Assembly: GCF_001194135.2 (NCBI RefSeq)
Contig: NC_068995.1
Location: 32,535,574-32,599,573 of the forward strand
Source: Octopus bimaculoides
Lineage: Eukaryota
Direction of reading: 5' to 3'
Length of the DNA: 64,000 bases
Part shown: positions 37,377-49,940 of the stretch, in pieces
Layout of the letters: each line of letters begins with the position of its first letter
How positions within the stretch are numbered: the stretch's first letter is position 1
Program-made: the position numbers and the translations under genes
Notes under the pieces: model-generated
Databases searched by the model: none
What the model was told of the DNA's origin: nothing
What the model saw: the letters and a program-made list of their open reading frames with translations, nothing else

Positions 37377-37472
37377 ATCCCCTGATAACTTAGAACGATT
37401 TTCCTTAGATCTCCAGAATGATTTAGCTGCCCATATTGAGTACACCATGCCAGGACGGATAAAGCCACCAGC
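37377..37472 (-). CDS. NBAS: NBAS exon 13 (96 nt): AGGFIRPGMVYSIWAAKSFWRSKENRSKLSGD
   Basis: cttcag / gtaagt, phase 0-0. Matches LSPSSLYTIWLQKLFW. Confidence 0.93.
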
Positions 37473-38619
37473 CTGAAGTAAAGAAGAAAAGCGGAATTAC
37501 AAACTCTTTTCCAATAAACACACAACTCGCTCTCCAAAAATACAGACATAGTACTAATAACTTTAATTAGTAAACAACATGGTCTTTACTGTGAAATATA
37601 TAGTATGTTTTCTACAACAAATTGTAAAGTCTTTATGCTGCACATACAAAACAAAACAAAAATATGCAGTCATGGTCTTTGTTAAAATAGAAGTTAATGC
37701 AACTTATGAGCGCAGCTGATAAGGGTTACACCATCATCATCATTTAACATCCATATACCATGTTGGCATTGGTTGGACAGTTTGACAGGATTTAATAGGC
37801 TGAAGGATGAGAGGGAAGACAGCTTTATGCAAGGAGATGAGGGTTACAGTATGGAGGAAGGTGGTGGGACAGAGCAGGCTATTGTTGAAGGTGCTACATG
37901 GCTACTCTCATTTAAGGGAGAGAGTGACAAAGGATTAGTCATAGCTGCAAGGAGGTAAATATTCAAGATAAGGTCTCAAGGTGACCTCTCAAAGTACAAG
38001 GTAAGTAGAAGTAGGTAAAGACAGAGAAACTAGGTGTGTGAGAGAATTGGGTATTGCAGGAATGTATGGGAAGGGAGCAAGAGATAGAGGAATTGGAGAG
38101 AAGAGGTGGAGGCAGACAACAGCTGTAAAGGGACAATGTAGAGAATGATAGATATGGGCTGGGGGGGATGGCCATAGGTGCAGGAGTTAGAGAACACAGA
38201 GGGATGCAAGAAGCAGAAGGGAGCAACAAGAGAGTAGTAATGATGATATAGTTGACATGGGAAGGAAAAGAGTGAGAGATACATGGTTGGATAGGCCATA
38301 GGAGAGCAAAGAGGGAGAGAGAGAGAGGGAGAGAAAGGTGTGGTATTTCTAATATGCTAATGTTAACTATTTCTAATATTTCTTTGTACATACATCATTT
38401 ATATTTCATCTAAGCTATAACATTTGTTGTTATACTTGAGAAAGACTAGAGGGTCCCTATCTTTGGAAGGCAATATCACATCAAATTTTGAAACTGTAAA
38501 TTTATTAAACTCTAATTGTTGAAGGATTCATGCACCACTTTAACAAATTTTTACTCACAAAACAAAAGACAAAATAAAGAAAGATGGAAAAGGGAAGTTA
38601 AGATGTATCTAAAACAAAC

Positions 38620-38738
38620 CTTGCATGGTATTCTGGAAGATAGTTTTGCAATTGTGTTCACATTGTCTTTGCTGAGGATTGGTTGGATTACAGTCACAAG
38701 AGGATCTTCACTGGTCATAAGAAGTTTATAATCTAAAC
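38620..38738 (-). CDS. NBAS: NBAS exon 12 (119 nt): LDYKLLMTSEDPLVTVIQPILSKDNVNTIAKLSSRIPCK
   Basis: tttgtag / gtttgt, phase 1-0. Matches GLNYKKL..LEPVLSSQNILSISKLVPKIP. Confidence 0.94.
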
Positions 38739-38995
38739 CTACAAATATATGTGCTTATTAAATAATAAAACTACAAACTTCACAATTTCAAATATATATA
38801 TTAAGCATTATCAACCATACATACTTAACATATATGCTTTGCATGTTTGTCAGTACATTAAGTATGTGTGGTCGATAATGTTTATTACACTAGCGCTGCT
38901 TCTATTTCATATTTGAATACATATTAAGCTTCTTCGGGTTTTTTTTAATAACGGATCTCAAGGCTCTCATACAGTTATAAATAATAGCATGTAAA

Positions 38996-39178
38996 TATTG
39001 GGTTGAAAAAACCTTTTGAAACGAAAAAGTCAAAGACTGCCTGTGGGGGACTTGTACCCACATCTCCTGTAGATATGACAGGTATTTTACCATTGTATCA
39101 CATCTACAGGAGATGTGGGTTCAAGTCATATGGGCAGCCTTAAAGGTTTTCTATACAAAAGGTTTTTTCAATCCAATA
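38996..39178. repeat. Foldback (long inverted repeat) element
   Basis: Outer arms attgggttgaaaaaaccttttg / caaaaggttttttcaatccaat; inner arms acccacatctcctgtagat / atctacaggagatgtgggt. Confidence 0.9.
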
Positions 39179-39581
39179 AGAAGCAGTGATCTCAACAAAG
39201 ATGCCACCATCTTAAACATGAAGATGCACCAATCGTTTTTAGAGAAACAACAGTTAGTGCTTAAATTTTTATTCAATATCTATAGCAGAGTTAAAGTGGT
39301 GAGCTAGCAGAAGCGTTAGCATGGCAAGCAATATGCTTAGTGGCATTTTGTCCGTCTTTATGTTCAGGGTTCAAACTCTGTTGAGGTCAACTTTGCCTTT
39401 CATCCTTTTGGGGTTGATAAAATAAGTATCAGTTGAACACTGGGGTTTATTTAATGGACTTACCCCACTGCCCCCAAAACTGCTGGCCATGTACCAAAAT
39501 TTGAAACCAATATCTATGGTAGGGTAAGGACAGTGGATATACAGAATCATTAAAGCAATAAAAAAGTAACATGGTATAGAG

Positions 39582-39836
39582 CAGTGCTTCTCAACCATTT
39601 TATACCTGTGGACCCCTTTGATTCCTATTTCACCCAGATGGACCCCCACAGCATTTCAATGTTTAAAAAATCATATTTTATTGTTAAATATTATTAGGAA
39701 TTGCATAACAAAATTGTTAAAATATTTTGTGAATTGTAGAAGTATAACCAATTTATTGCAGATAAATTTTAACAATGGATCTCTGAGGATCATACAGACC
39801 CCCAATGGCCATATGGACCCAAGTTGAGAACCACTG
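39582..39836. mobile_element. hAT-like MITE
   Basis: TIRs cagtgcttctcaac / gttgagaaccactg; degenerate 8-bp flanks gtatagag / gtttagca. Truncated copy at about 35903-35980. Confidence 0.85.
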
Positions 39837-40318
39837 GTTTAGCAGTTAGGGTATTGCACTCATGGTTGTAAGATTGGGGTTTTGATTTCTGGATCAGGCA
39901 AAGTGGTCTTGACCAAAAATCCTTCATTTTGCATTGTTTTAGTCCACTCCACTGACAAAAATGAGTAACTCTGAGACAAACAGGTATTCCGTCCAAGAGA
40001 AAATATATATGCTACAGAATCCAAGGAAACAGCCTTATGAGCCTCTTTTTTAGTACTTCTTTACATTCCTTTATGTTCTGAGTTCAAATCCTACTGGAGG
40101 TGGGGGTTTACTTTGCCCTTCATACTTCTGGGGTAGATAAAATAAGTACAAGTCAAATACTGGTTTAAATATAATCAGTTATGTCTCCATCAATTAGTAG
40201 TGTTGGGCCTATATTAAACATTAATATCTATGGTTGGATATTAATTCCTACTTTTAGATCTGTTGTATCAAAAGTTCACTGCTGTACATTCTAAATGAAT
40301 AAAAAAAATACATCATAC

Positions 40319-40569
40319 CTGCAGCAACAGGACGCAATTTCTTAAGCAGATTTACATGAATGGATGGTTTAAGATCTTCACCCCACCAGTGTTCAGTTTC
40401 ATTTTTACTAAGTAATGAATAGTAATAGGTAAGCCGTGAATGGTCTTGGCCGTCAATGAAAGGATAGACATAGTCCTGCATACGCTGAATAAACTGCTCG
40501 TAATTTTCAAGCAAGGTAGGCATCAAAGAGGCACTTTCAACCCGTTTCATTAAGGTATTTGTATTAAGT
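40319..40569 (-). CDS. NBAS: NBAS exon 11 (251 nt): LNTNTLMKRVES...YVYPFIDGQDHSRLTYYYSLL...HVNLLKKLRPVAA(G)
   Basis: ttttcag / gtatga, phase 2-1. Matches YIYPTIGGFDHERLQYYFTLL..HIRLLKK. Confidence 0.96.
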
Positions 40570-41253
40570 CTGAAAAATAAAAATTAAAATTAAATTTTTT
40601 GAAGTCTAAGACTGAGTGAAGAATCTTAAGATTTAAGTATTAAGTCTCAGAGCAAGCCTTAAGATCAGAAAGAAGGGATACAAAACATTATCTGCATTAG
40701 GAAAATGACCTTGCTCAGTATCTAAGAAAGAACTTGGCTAATATCTCTTCTTTTGGTTGCATTACTTATTGATTTTTTTCTGTCGAGTTGACTTATCAAT
40801 TAGACTACTTTGATAAAGTCACTTCTGCAAAAATGTTTTAATATTTATAAGCTAGGTTTCGAAATAAATGCGAATATTTGATAATATTTAACAAATATTA
40901 GTCATATTTACGCTAAAAAAGGGTCATGTAATTCTCCAGATAATAGCGCAACCTATCTGCAAATCAAAATACCTACTTTGACAACTTTGTGCAAAAATTT
41001 GAAGCCAATTATTATATCATCATCATCATTATTATTATTATTTAACGTCTGTTTTCAATGCTAGCATAAGTTGGGCTGTTTGACAGGAACCAGGGAGCCC
41101 CAAGACCTTGTCAGGGGCTACTGTTAGCTTTGACATAGTTTCTATGGCTAGATGCCCTTCCTAACACCAAATACATTGTAGCATATTACACAGAGACTAT
41201 TTTAGCAGACTGGGAAAAACAAAAGAAAATATATAAAAATTTATCATATTATA

Positions 41254-41610
41254 GGCACAGGCATAGCTGTGTGATAAAAAGATTGCTTCCAAACCACATG
41301 GCACTTGGTTCAGTCTCACAGCAAGGCACTGGGGCAAGTGTCTTCTAGTTTAGCATTGAGCTGACCAAAGCCTTGGGAGTGAATTTGGTAAATGGAAATT
41401 GAAAAAAAGCTCAGTGTGTGTATCTGTGTTTTGTGCCCCACCACCACTTAACAATTATAGTTGGCTTGTTTACATTCCCATAACTTAGTGGTTCGACATA
41501 AGAGACCAATAGAATAAGTACTGGGGTCAATTCATTTGACTAAAAAATTCTTCAAGGCAGAGTCCCAGCACAGCTGCAGTATAATGACAGAAACAAATCA
41601 AAGACAAAAG
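41254..41610 (+). mobile_element. SINE family 1 abutting an NBAS splice donor
   Basis: Family match; tail ends a few nt from the donor at 41618. Confidence 0.9.
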
Positions 41611-41618
41611 ACACTTAC

Positions 41619-41729
41619 CCACTCTCACAAAAGAGGAACTCCAAGTGTGTCATGTAAACTTCCCACTGTGATAGATTGTAGCGTTCTGCTAGAGATATTG
41701 CAATAGTGAAGACATCAGCTTCAGTTGTC
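41619..41729 (-). CDS. NBAS: NBAS exon 10 (111 nt): TTEADVFTIAISLAERYNLSQWEVYMTHLEFLFCES(G)
   Basis: ttttcag / gtaagt, phase 2-2. Matches IAISLAQRYSVSRWEVFMTHLEFLFTDSG. Confidence 0.96.
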
Positions 41730-41894
41730 CTGAAAAAAAAATATCATTGCTATTGAAATACCCAAAAATGCTTCGTATACTCTGATAATGTACGACAAAC
41801 CTGTAGTCATTAGCTTTAAAAAAAATAATAATTGAAGTTGATTATCTTATCTTTCAGAAACCTACAATTGTTTTTTATTTATACTTTCTCTTTC

Positions 41895-41930
41895 CTTTCT
41901 ACTGAAGAGCATAGACTCGAAACGTAAAAA
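41895..41930 (+). ncRNA. Variant/decayed minimal hammerhead motif in a Penelope-like end
   Basis: CUUU-CUACUGA-A-GAGC-AUAG-ACUC-GAAAC-GUA/AAAA. Same family as 13191; followed by (TA)n and a gap. Confidence 0.5.
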
Positions 41931-42016
41931 ACTTTTTCACTTTCCAGAGTGCCAAACAACTACACCTGCTTGTTGTTCATACACCTGTATTCATCTTTTG
42001 TTTTTCTGTAAATTTC

Positions 42017-42052
<36 letters not shown>

Positions 42053-43856
42053 NNNNNNNNNNNNNNNNNNNNNNNNNNNNNNNNNNNNNNNNNNNNNNNN
42101 NNNNNNNNNNNNNNNNNNNNNNNNNNNNNNNNNNNNNNNNNNNNNNNNNNNNNNNNNNNNNNNNNNNNNNNNNNNNNNNNNNNNNNNNNNNNNNNNNNNN
42201 NNNNNNNNNNNNTTACTATTAAAGCGGTGAACTGGCAGAATCGTTAGCACACTGGATGTAATGCTAAGTGGTATTTCACCCATCACTACGTTTCGAGTTC
42301 AAATTCCGCCAAGGTCAACTTTGCCTTTCATCCTTTCAGGGTTGTTAATAAATACCAGTGAAATACTGGGGTCTATGTAATCAACTAGTCTTCCCACCAA
42401 AATTTCAGGATTATTATTATTATTATTATTAACATGGTGAGCTGGCAGAATCATTAGAACTCCAGGCAAAAGGCTTAACAACATTTCATCCAGCTTCAAT
42501 CAACTCATCTCCTCCCCCAAAATTGCCGCCCTTGTGGCAAAATTTTAAACCATTATTATTATTATTATTATTATGAAGGCAGTGAGTTGTCAGCATCGTT
42601 AGCACACCGAGTGAAATGCTTAGCAGTATTTTGCCTGTCTCTACGTTCTGAGTTCAATTTCCACCAAGGTCAACTTTGCCTTTCATCCTTTCGGGGTCAA
42701 TGAAATCAGTACCAGATGAGAGTCAATGTAATCGATTAGTCCTCCTCCCCCAAATTTCAGGCCTTGTGCCTTTAGTAGAAAGGATTATTATAATTATTCA
42801 TTTTGTTCATCATGTACAAGTACGTGTGTATTCATCATTAATTAATTAATTTTACTTTATTCAATTCAAGAAAAATTGAAGCATGTCTTGGACAATTCCA
42901 GGGCATTTTGTGCATGACTTTTGGCTCACCTAGTATATAAACTGTAAAAAAAAATGTACATAATTAAAATATGAAGATAATTTAAGGTGAATAGCAAAAT
43001 ATTTAAGTGCAAAGTAGATGGGGAAGGGATACTAAGAGCTAAATTGTAACACCAAAAGTTCTTTAAGCATAAAAAACAGAATTAAAATATAATAGTCATC
43101 ATCATCATCAGCATCATCATTTAACTTCCATCTTCAATGATGGCATGGATTAGACAGTTTGACAGGAGTAGGCCCAGCAGAAGACTGCACCAGGTTGCTT
43201 TGGCATCTGTTTTGGCACAGTTTTTACAGCTGGATGCCCTTCCTAACACCAGCCACCCAACAGAGTGGACTGAGAGCTTTTTATGTGGCACCAGCACAGG
43301 TGAGATCAGTTTTGGCATGGCTTTTACAGCTGTATTCCCTTCCAAACACCAACCACTTTACAGTGTGGACTGAATGCTCTTTACATGGCACCAACACTGG
43401 CAGGATTACCAATCAAAATAAACACAATGTCTGAAAATGTGTTTTATGTTCGATCCAACCAAATCTGGCCTCTCATTCTAAAAGTAAACAATCAGAATGC
43501 TAAAGGGTTAATGTCAACAAGTGCTAGAAGTACCTTTGACCTTGGGTGCTGAGATCCCTTACTACATTACTACATGTATTAGTTATTATTGATGTTATAG
43601 ACCTGGAGGGGTTAACTCTATTGATAACATAATTTACAGTTAAAATATTTAGATATAATTGACATTTTGGAGCTGCCATCATTTGTGGTCTTAATATCAT
43701 TGGCCTGCTTTTCTTTAAATTAATCCTTTAATATTAGGGTAAAAGGCCAACCAACAGATTTTAGGAACAACCAAGATAATAAAAGTGCTTCCAATAAAAC
43801 TACAAAAAAATAGGGCTGCAATAATTGGAGAAAGAAAAGCAAAAGTAATAACTCAC

Positions 43857-43923
43857 ATAGCTAATCCCAGAATAGTTTCATGTTTGTATGCATTGTCCTC
43901 TGTGAATCTTTGGATGTCAACAC
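43857..43923 (-). CDS. NBAS: NBAS exon 9 (67 nt): VDIQRFTEDNAYKHETILGLA(M)
   Basis: gtgcag / gtgagt, phase 1-2. Matches GVDVQRFTADDQYKRETILGLA. Confidence 0.96.
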
Positions 43924-44064
43924 CTGCACAATAATAGTTATTAAATAAATATCAAAGTGCTTCATTCATTCAAGAAGAAAAAAAATTGTTTGCTCTGTTA
44001 TTGACACTATCATGCCATGCGAAATGACCAGCAACTAAGCTGAGAAATTTCTCAAGTTTTTAAT

Positions 44065-44905
44065 CACTCATCATTCATTCATTTAACTTATAATACTTAT
44101 AATACTAACTTATAATACGAACATGCTAACATACTTGAGTTAAAGTAACATTAATAGCTTTCGTAATTTGTTAATTTCTCAATTAATTTCAAATCCTATC
44201 TCTTTAAATACTTGCCATAATTTTCATATGTTCCCAACTATCATGACTTCTAATTCTTTAAATCCTTGCAACATTATCCCTCTCCCTGTTTCACCTTGTA
44301 TTATGACTTGTGTCTCCAGCACTTTGTCATGATTTCCCCCAGTGATAAAGTCTCTCAAGTCTCTCCCTCTCTGTCTGTCTGTCTGCCTGCTTCACTATTG
44401 TCTTACTACTATTTCCATTTCTTGTGACAAAGCTGGTCATTGCTTGTTCACGGTGCGCCCATCCATTCCCACCCCTACCACCTATACTGGAAATCTCTTA
44501 CACCAAAAACCCAATAGGGCTCTGCCTCACTTCTGTACCAGAAGACCTGCATACCTCCATCCCTCCCCACCTCCAACAATCATCTACACTATTACATGCA
44601 CCAAAAGGAAATGTGTTACTTAGTAAATTAACAGACTACCAACCTCTTTCCCTCTCTATATATAATGGGACTAACCAATAGCAGCTCATTTACTTACTTA
44701 CTTAATTTAAACATTGCCATATTTATATTTGCAGCAGTAACGCTTATATTTAATGCTTATAACACTTATACTTACAATGCTTACATTACACTCATCTCCA
44801 ATAGGGACAACAATTTTAACATCTTTGAATGAGCAGAGGTTAAATCGAAAACAACTGTTGTGACATATCTGTTATCAAACAATAACTGAAACCTTCTTTT
44901 CAGGT
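44065..44905 (-). repeat. Second copy of the (TGAA)n-ended repeat, back-to-back with an RTE LINE
   Basis: Aligns with 28240-28850. Confidence 0.8.
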
Positions 44906-46749
44906 GCTAAATACCATCACTCTCACCCATGTCCCTTTCCCAGTTCTCAGGGTTAGCATTGTCTACGTAAGCACAATGAAAGATAGGCCAAGCGAGATTG
45001 TTGAGATGCTTGAATGGAAGCATGTTGATGTATGTTGTATCCAAGAGGTAAGGTGGAGAGGAGCTTCAGCCAGGTTCCTCAGAGGCAAGACACATAGGTA
45101 AAAAATCTTCTGGGAAGGTAACTGTGATGGGGTAGGCAGTGTGGGCATACTTCTTGCAGAGAAATGGGTAGATAAGGTAAAGAGTTAGAGTGTGTGATAG
45201 AATGTTTAAGCTCAGGATAATCTTACAGAATAGCATAGCAACAACTATCTCTGTCTATGCTCCACAAGTGGGCCTACCAAATGGACAGAAGGACCACTTT
45301 TATAATATTCTTTTGCAGGCTACTCCAAAGACAAGTGACAATAATCTCATCTTCGTGGCTGGGGATTTCAATGGGCATGTCGGATGGCAGCCTGGTATCT
45401 TCCATGGAGACCATGGAATTGGTTCCCAAAACAAAGACAGAACAAGACTACTGGAGCTTTGTGATGCAAATAACCTATTTGAGCTGCAACAACAACTTCA
45501 GGAAGCTAGCCAACCACCTGATAACCTATCAATCCGGTAACTGTGCCAGTCAGATTGATTACATTCTCACCAGACAGCGGGATGTTTGGTTGCTCTTAAA
45601 TACAAAGACCTTTCCGGATGAAGAATGTACCCCACCCCCAGCATACACTAGTCATTTGTGACTTTAGACCCCAGGCCTGAAGGAAGCCGAGAAGTAGACC
45701 AATCTGGAAAAGAAGGATTTGGGAGCTTAAAGACCCTTCATATCGACAGAGATCAAGGGACATCCTACTTGAGAAATTTGGTGAGAGGGAGGAGGAGCTA
45801 CAGATATGTGACATAGAGGGCAACTGGGAATTGCTGCGGGACAGCTTGCTGAGTGCCACAGACCAAATCTGTGGCTGGTGTAAAATCTCTTCCGGACCTA
45901 GGGTAATGTGTTGGTGGAACAATGTTGTAGACAGAGCCATTAGCACAAAGAAATAGGCCTGGAAGAGTGGGAGGAGCAGGGAACTGTACCAGATAGCCAG
46001 AAGGGAAGCTAAGAGACAGGTGCATCTAGCCAAAGGAGAAGCAGAAGAGAAGAAGTTTGCCTATGTTCAGTGATGTGAGGACCAAAGAACTGAAGTGTTT
46101 TGGATTGCAAGACAGTGTCTGAGAGAAAATTGTGATGTCATAGGAGACAAATGTGTCCACATGGATGATGGTGCACTTGCATTTAATAATTCTGCAAAGA
46201 AAGAGGCTTGGAAATGTCGTTGTGAAAAACTGCTGAACGTGGAGAATGAATAGGAGGAGGAAAGTCTACCAAATACTGACCCAATTGAGGGACCAGCTGC
46301 CCAAATCGACAGTACCTTGGTTGATAAAGCAATTAAGGATATGAAGAGAGGGAAAGACCCCTGCCCTTCAGGAATAACCGCTGAGCTGCTTAAAATATCT
46401 GGTGATGTAGGTTATGGTCCAGTCACCCGTATTGTAAATCAGGTGGTTCACGAAGGAGTCATACCCAATGAGGGGTGTAGCAGCACCAAAGTCAACTGCT
46501 ACAAAAGTAAAGGTGATACCTTAGATAGAAATAACAGAGGTATCAAATTGTTGGATCAGGTGATGAAAGTTATGGAGAGAGTCATAGCCCAACTAATTAG
46601 GAAGAGAGTTAGTCTAGATGAGATGCACTTTAGTTTTGTGCCAGAGAGAAGCACCACTGATGGTATATTTCTGGTAAGGCAGCTGCAGGAGAAATAGCTA
46701 GCCAAAGAAAAGCCTGTTCTTGGTTTTTGTTGACTTGGAGAAAGCCTTG

Positions 46750-46750
<1 letters not shown>
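44905..46750 (+). mobile_element. RTE-clade LINE: APE endonuclease and start of RT, multiple stops and frameshifts, 3' end lost
   Basis: VDVCCIQEVRWRG, ISVYAPQVG, FVAGDFNGHVG, SQIDYIL, KAIKDMKRGK..GITAELLK, STTDGIFLVRQLQEK. Confidence 0.95.
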
Positions 46751-46827
<77 letters not shown>

Positions 46828-46884
46828 TCTTTTACTCTTTTATATGTTTCACCCCTGAAGGTGTAGCCATGCTGGAGCACTGCT

Positions 46885-47760
46885 AGTGTAATTCTTTTGT
46901 GTAGATCTGTGGAGTCAAAGAATTCATCAGGCATAGCTACTTGCAAGCATCCCAGTGGAGTTGTGAAAGCACTCTTGTATTGCGCATTCAGTATTTCACT
47001 GATCCTCTGGGGGTCTGCAGTCAGTGAGCCATCTTCTTCAAATAGTGGCCCTATTTCGTACCGTTCTAAAGTAAATTCTTTTGCATATCTATATAAATGG
47101 GCTGAGAACAACAACATGCAATTTGTTGCAGGCAAATTCCAAGCCCTCCCCTACCAGCTAATTGGTGCTCAGAAGTCACAACAATGATATTTTGGGCCAA
47201 AAGGAGTGGCAATCCTAGAATCACATACAGTGCTTGATCTTGGGATAGATATGAGCAATGATGTCTCATTTCACATGCATGTCACCAAGATGGAGGCAGT
47301 GTGCAGGCAAATGGCCAGATGGATTCTGAGAATCTTCAGAACAAGGGACCAGGAAACTATGCTAGTCCTATGCAGGACATTTGTCCTCAGCCGTCTAGAC
47401 TACTGCTCTCAACTGTGGTCACCTTACAGTGTAAGATTAATACCAGAACTTGAGGCAGTTCAGTGATACTACACAAGGAAGATTGCATCAATGGAATAGC
47501 TGAGCTACTGGGAGAGAGTGAAAGAGCTACGACTCTACTCTCTGCAGTGAAGATCGAAGAGGTATGCAGTGATATATGTGTGGAAGATACTGGAGGGGCT
47601 GGCAGCAAACTTTGATACTGAGAGTTATACCAGACCTTGAATTGGACATCACTGCACTGTTCCAAGAGTCTCAGCTGTCTCATCTAGGGTGAGGACCATG
47701 TACTGCAATACCTTGGGAATCAAAGACCCACAGATATTCAACTCCTTGCCAACATATTTA
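46885..47760 (+). mobile_element. CR1/L2-clade LINE fragment with inverted 5' piece (about 46885-47075 on minus)
   Basis: Plus strand: YKWAENNNMQF, WILRIFRTRD..FVLSRLDYCSQLWSP, LSYWERVKEL. Minus strand: EIGPLFEEDGSLTADPQRISEILNAQYKSAFTTP. Confidence 0.9.
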
Positions 47761-48169
47761 CAACTATCACATGACGTTATGACAAGGAGATATAGTAAAT
47801 ACACACACTTACACGCACATGTACAATGGGCTTCTTTCATGTACAATGGGTTTCCATATACCAAATCCACTCACAAGGGTTTGGTTGACCCAGGGTTATA
47901 GGAGAAAACAATTTCCCAAGGTACCATACAGTAGGACTTATCCCAGAACCATTTAGTTAGGAAGCAAACTTCTTAACAACACAGCCACATCTGCACTTAA
48001 GTCACTGTAGTTCTTTGAATAATCAAAAATACTAAAAGACTGAACATAGATATGAAAATCTGAATATAATCAATAAAGAAAAACTAACATGTTTTCCCCA
48101 GTCTGAAATCTTCACCTATTACCAGAAATATGGAGCAGTAAAAATAATGAAGAAATAGAAATAACTCAC

Positions 48170-48464
48170 CTCTTCCTAAACCACGAAGAAACCTGGCTTG
48201 AGCATGGTCTTTTATTAAGTTTTTATAGTAGTTGAGTCGCTCTACACATTTTTGAATGTCGGCAGGTAAAGTAGGATTGTGTGACAGGAACTCTTCCACA
48301 GTCTGAACAACAACTCTGGGAGGATGTTTGAATACGTCAGCCATTTGACCGACGATCTGGGGTGACATGTAGTTATATAGTTGGATGGAGTAGTAGTACT
48401 TGGCTAGTTGGATGGAAAGTGTAGTGTTGGGGAGTTGAGAGAAACACTGATCAGCATCTTCTAT
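48170..48464 (-). CDS. NBAS: NBAS exon 8 (295 nt): IEDADQCFSQLP...QLAKYYYSIQLY...HAQARFLRGLGR(G)
   Basis: attcag / gtgagt, phase 0-1. Matches SLQLAAYYYSLQIY and QAQILQGLRKG. Confidence 0.95.
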
Positions 48465-48917
48465 CTGAATGGCAAACATAATTTGATTGAATACACACAG
48501 ATCAACAATGAAATAAACAACAAAACAGAACAAGTACAACAACTAAACCCCTTAAATCATAACTCAACCTTCTTGATATAAAAAATCATTTCATCTTCCA
48601 CAAATTTCTTACTTGCTCAGTATGTGCACTCTCTATTTGGTTACTTGACTTGCTAGAAAAAGCAGCCAAATTTCCTTTAACTCTTTAGCATTTAAACTAG
48701 CCATATCCAGCCAAAATATTCTACCATTTTTATGTGCAGACCAACCAAATCTGACCTCTCATGAATTATAAAATATATATGCATTTTATTAAATCAGATG
48801 TCATAAAACTTTAATTCCAGTGTATTTTTTTCTTTTTTTTTTTTCATATCTTGGGCCAATCAACAGCATCATGGTAAATAAAAAATATTTAAATTGAACT
48901 CAATTGAATATACTTAC

Positions 48918-48994
48918 ATTAGGTAAGGCAAGAAGATAAGCAAGACCCAATGAGAAGTCAGTAGTAATAGTAGCACCAGCAAGTTTCAAAAGCA
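48918..48994 (-). CDS. NBAS: NBAS exon 7 (77 nt): LLKLAGATITTDFSLGLAYLLALPN
   Basis: tttctag / gtaagt, phase 1-0. Matches LLQLASEALPNDMTLALAYLLALPQ. Confidence 0.95.
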
Positions 48995-49714
48995 CTAGAA
49001 AATAAAATAAAATTATTTTATTCATTTCTTAGCAAGAGAAGTGTTACATTTATACAAAAGAAAGAATAACAAATTATGATGTTCGTGCATTTTCCACAAA
49101 CCAGCCATCCTAATTCTCCAATTCCAGTCAAGCCAAGTAAGAGGGCATTGCTTTGTCTTCTCAGGTTGGCAAATAGAAAATATGTAAGTACATTATGATC
49201 TCAATCATAACAGCATTAGAGAATATTATGAAAGAACTCTAAATGTAAATGAGAAAGGAGTTACAAGACTGCATTGGTATAATATACAAGAACAATAATA
49301 GAGATTTCTTAAAGACGCATGAAGCCACATTTCTCATCATGAGATCAATTTCTCTTTAGCATGCGACTGTGTGTGTTTAAGAGGTAGTGAAGGCACACGG
49401 CTTAGTGGTTAGGGTATTTGGCTCATGATCGTAAGGTCATGAGTTCAAAACCTGGCAACACATTCTGTCCTTCAGAAGGACACTTTATTTCACTTAGCTC
49501 CAACCCACTCAACTGGCAAAAATGAGTGGCACATGTAATTTAAAGGACCAGTTTTGTCACATTCTGTGTCATGCTGAATTTCCATGAGAACTACATAAAG
49601 GGTACTGTGGAGTGCTCAACCACTTGCATATTTATCTCACAAGCAAGCTGTTCTGTTAATCGGATCAACTGGAAAACCTCATCTTAACTAATAGAGTGGC
49701 AATTCAAGAGAGAC

Positions 49715-49940
49715 AGAAAGCGTGAGTGAGTGAGTGAGTGAGGAATGAGTGAGGAGTGAGTGAGGAATGAGGGATGAGTGAATGAGGAGGGAGTGAATGA
49801 AGAGGGAGTGAATGAGGAGGGAGTGAAAGAGGAGGGAGTGAAAGAGGAGGGAGTGAATGAGGAGGGAGTGAATGAGGAGGGAGTGAATGAGGAGGGAGTG
49901 AATGAGAGAGTGAATGAGGAGAGAGAGAGAGAGAGAGTAA
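49715..49940. repeat. Purine-rich 15-bp minisatellite (gagggagtgaatgag)n
   Basis: Directly visible; grades into (GAGT)n and (GA)n. Confidence 0.95.
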
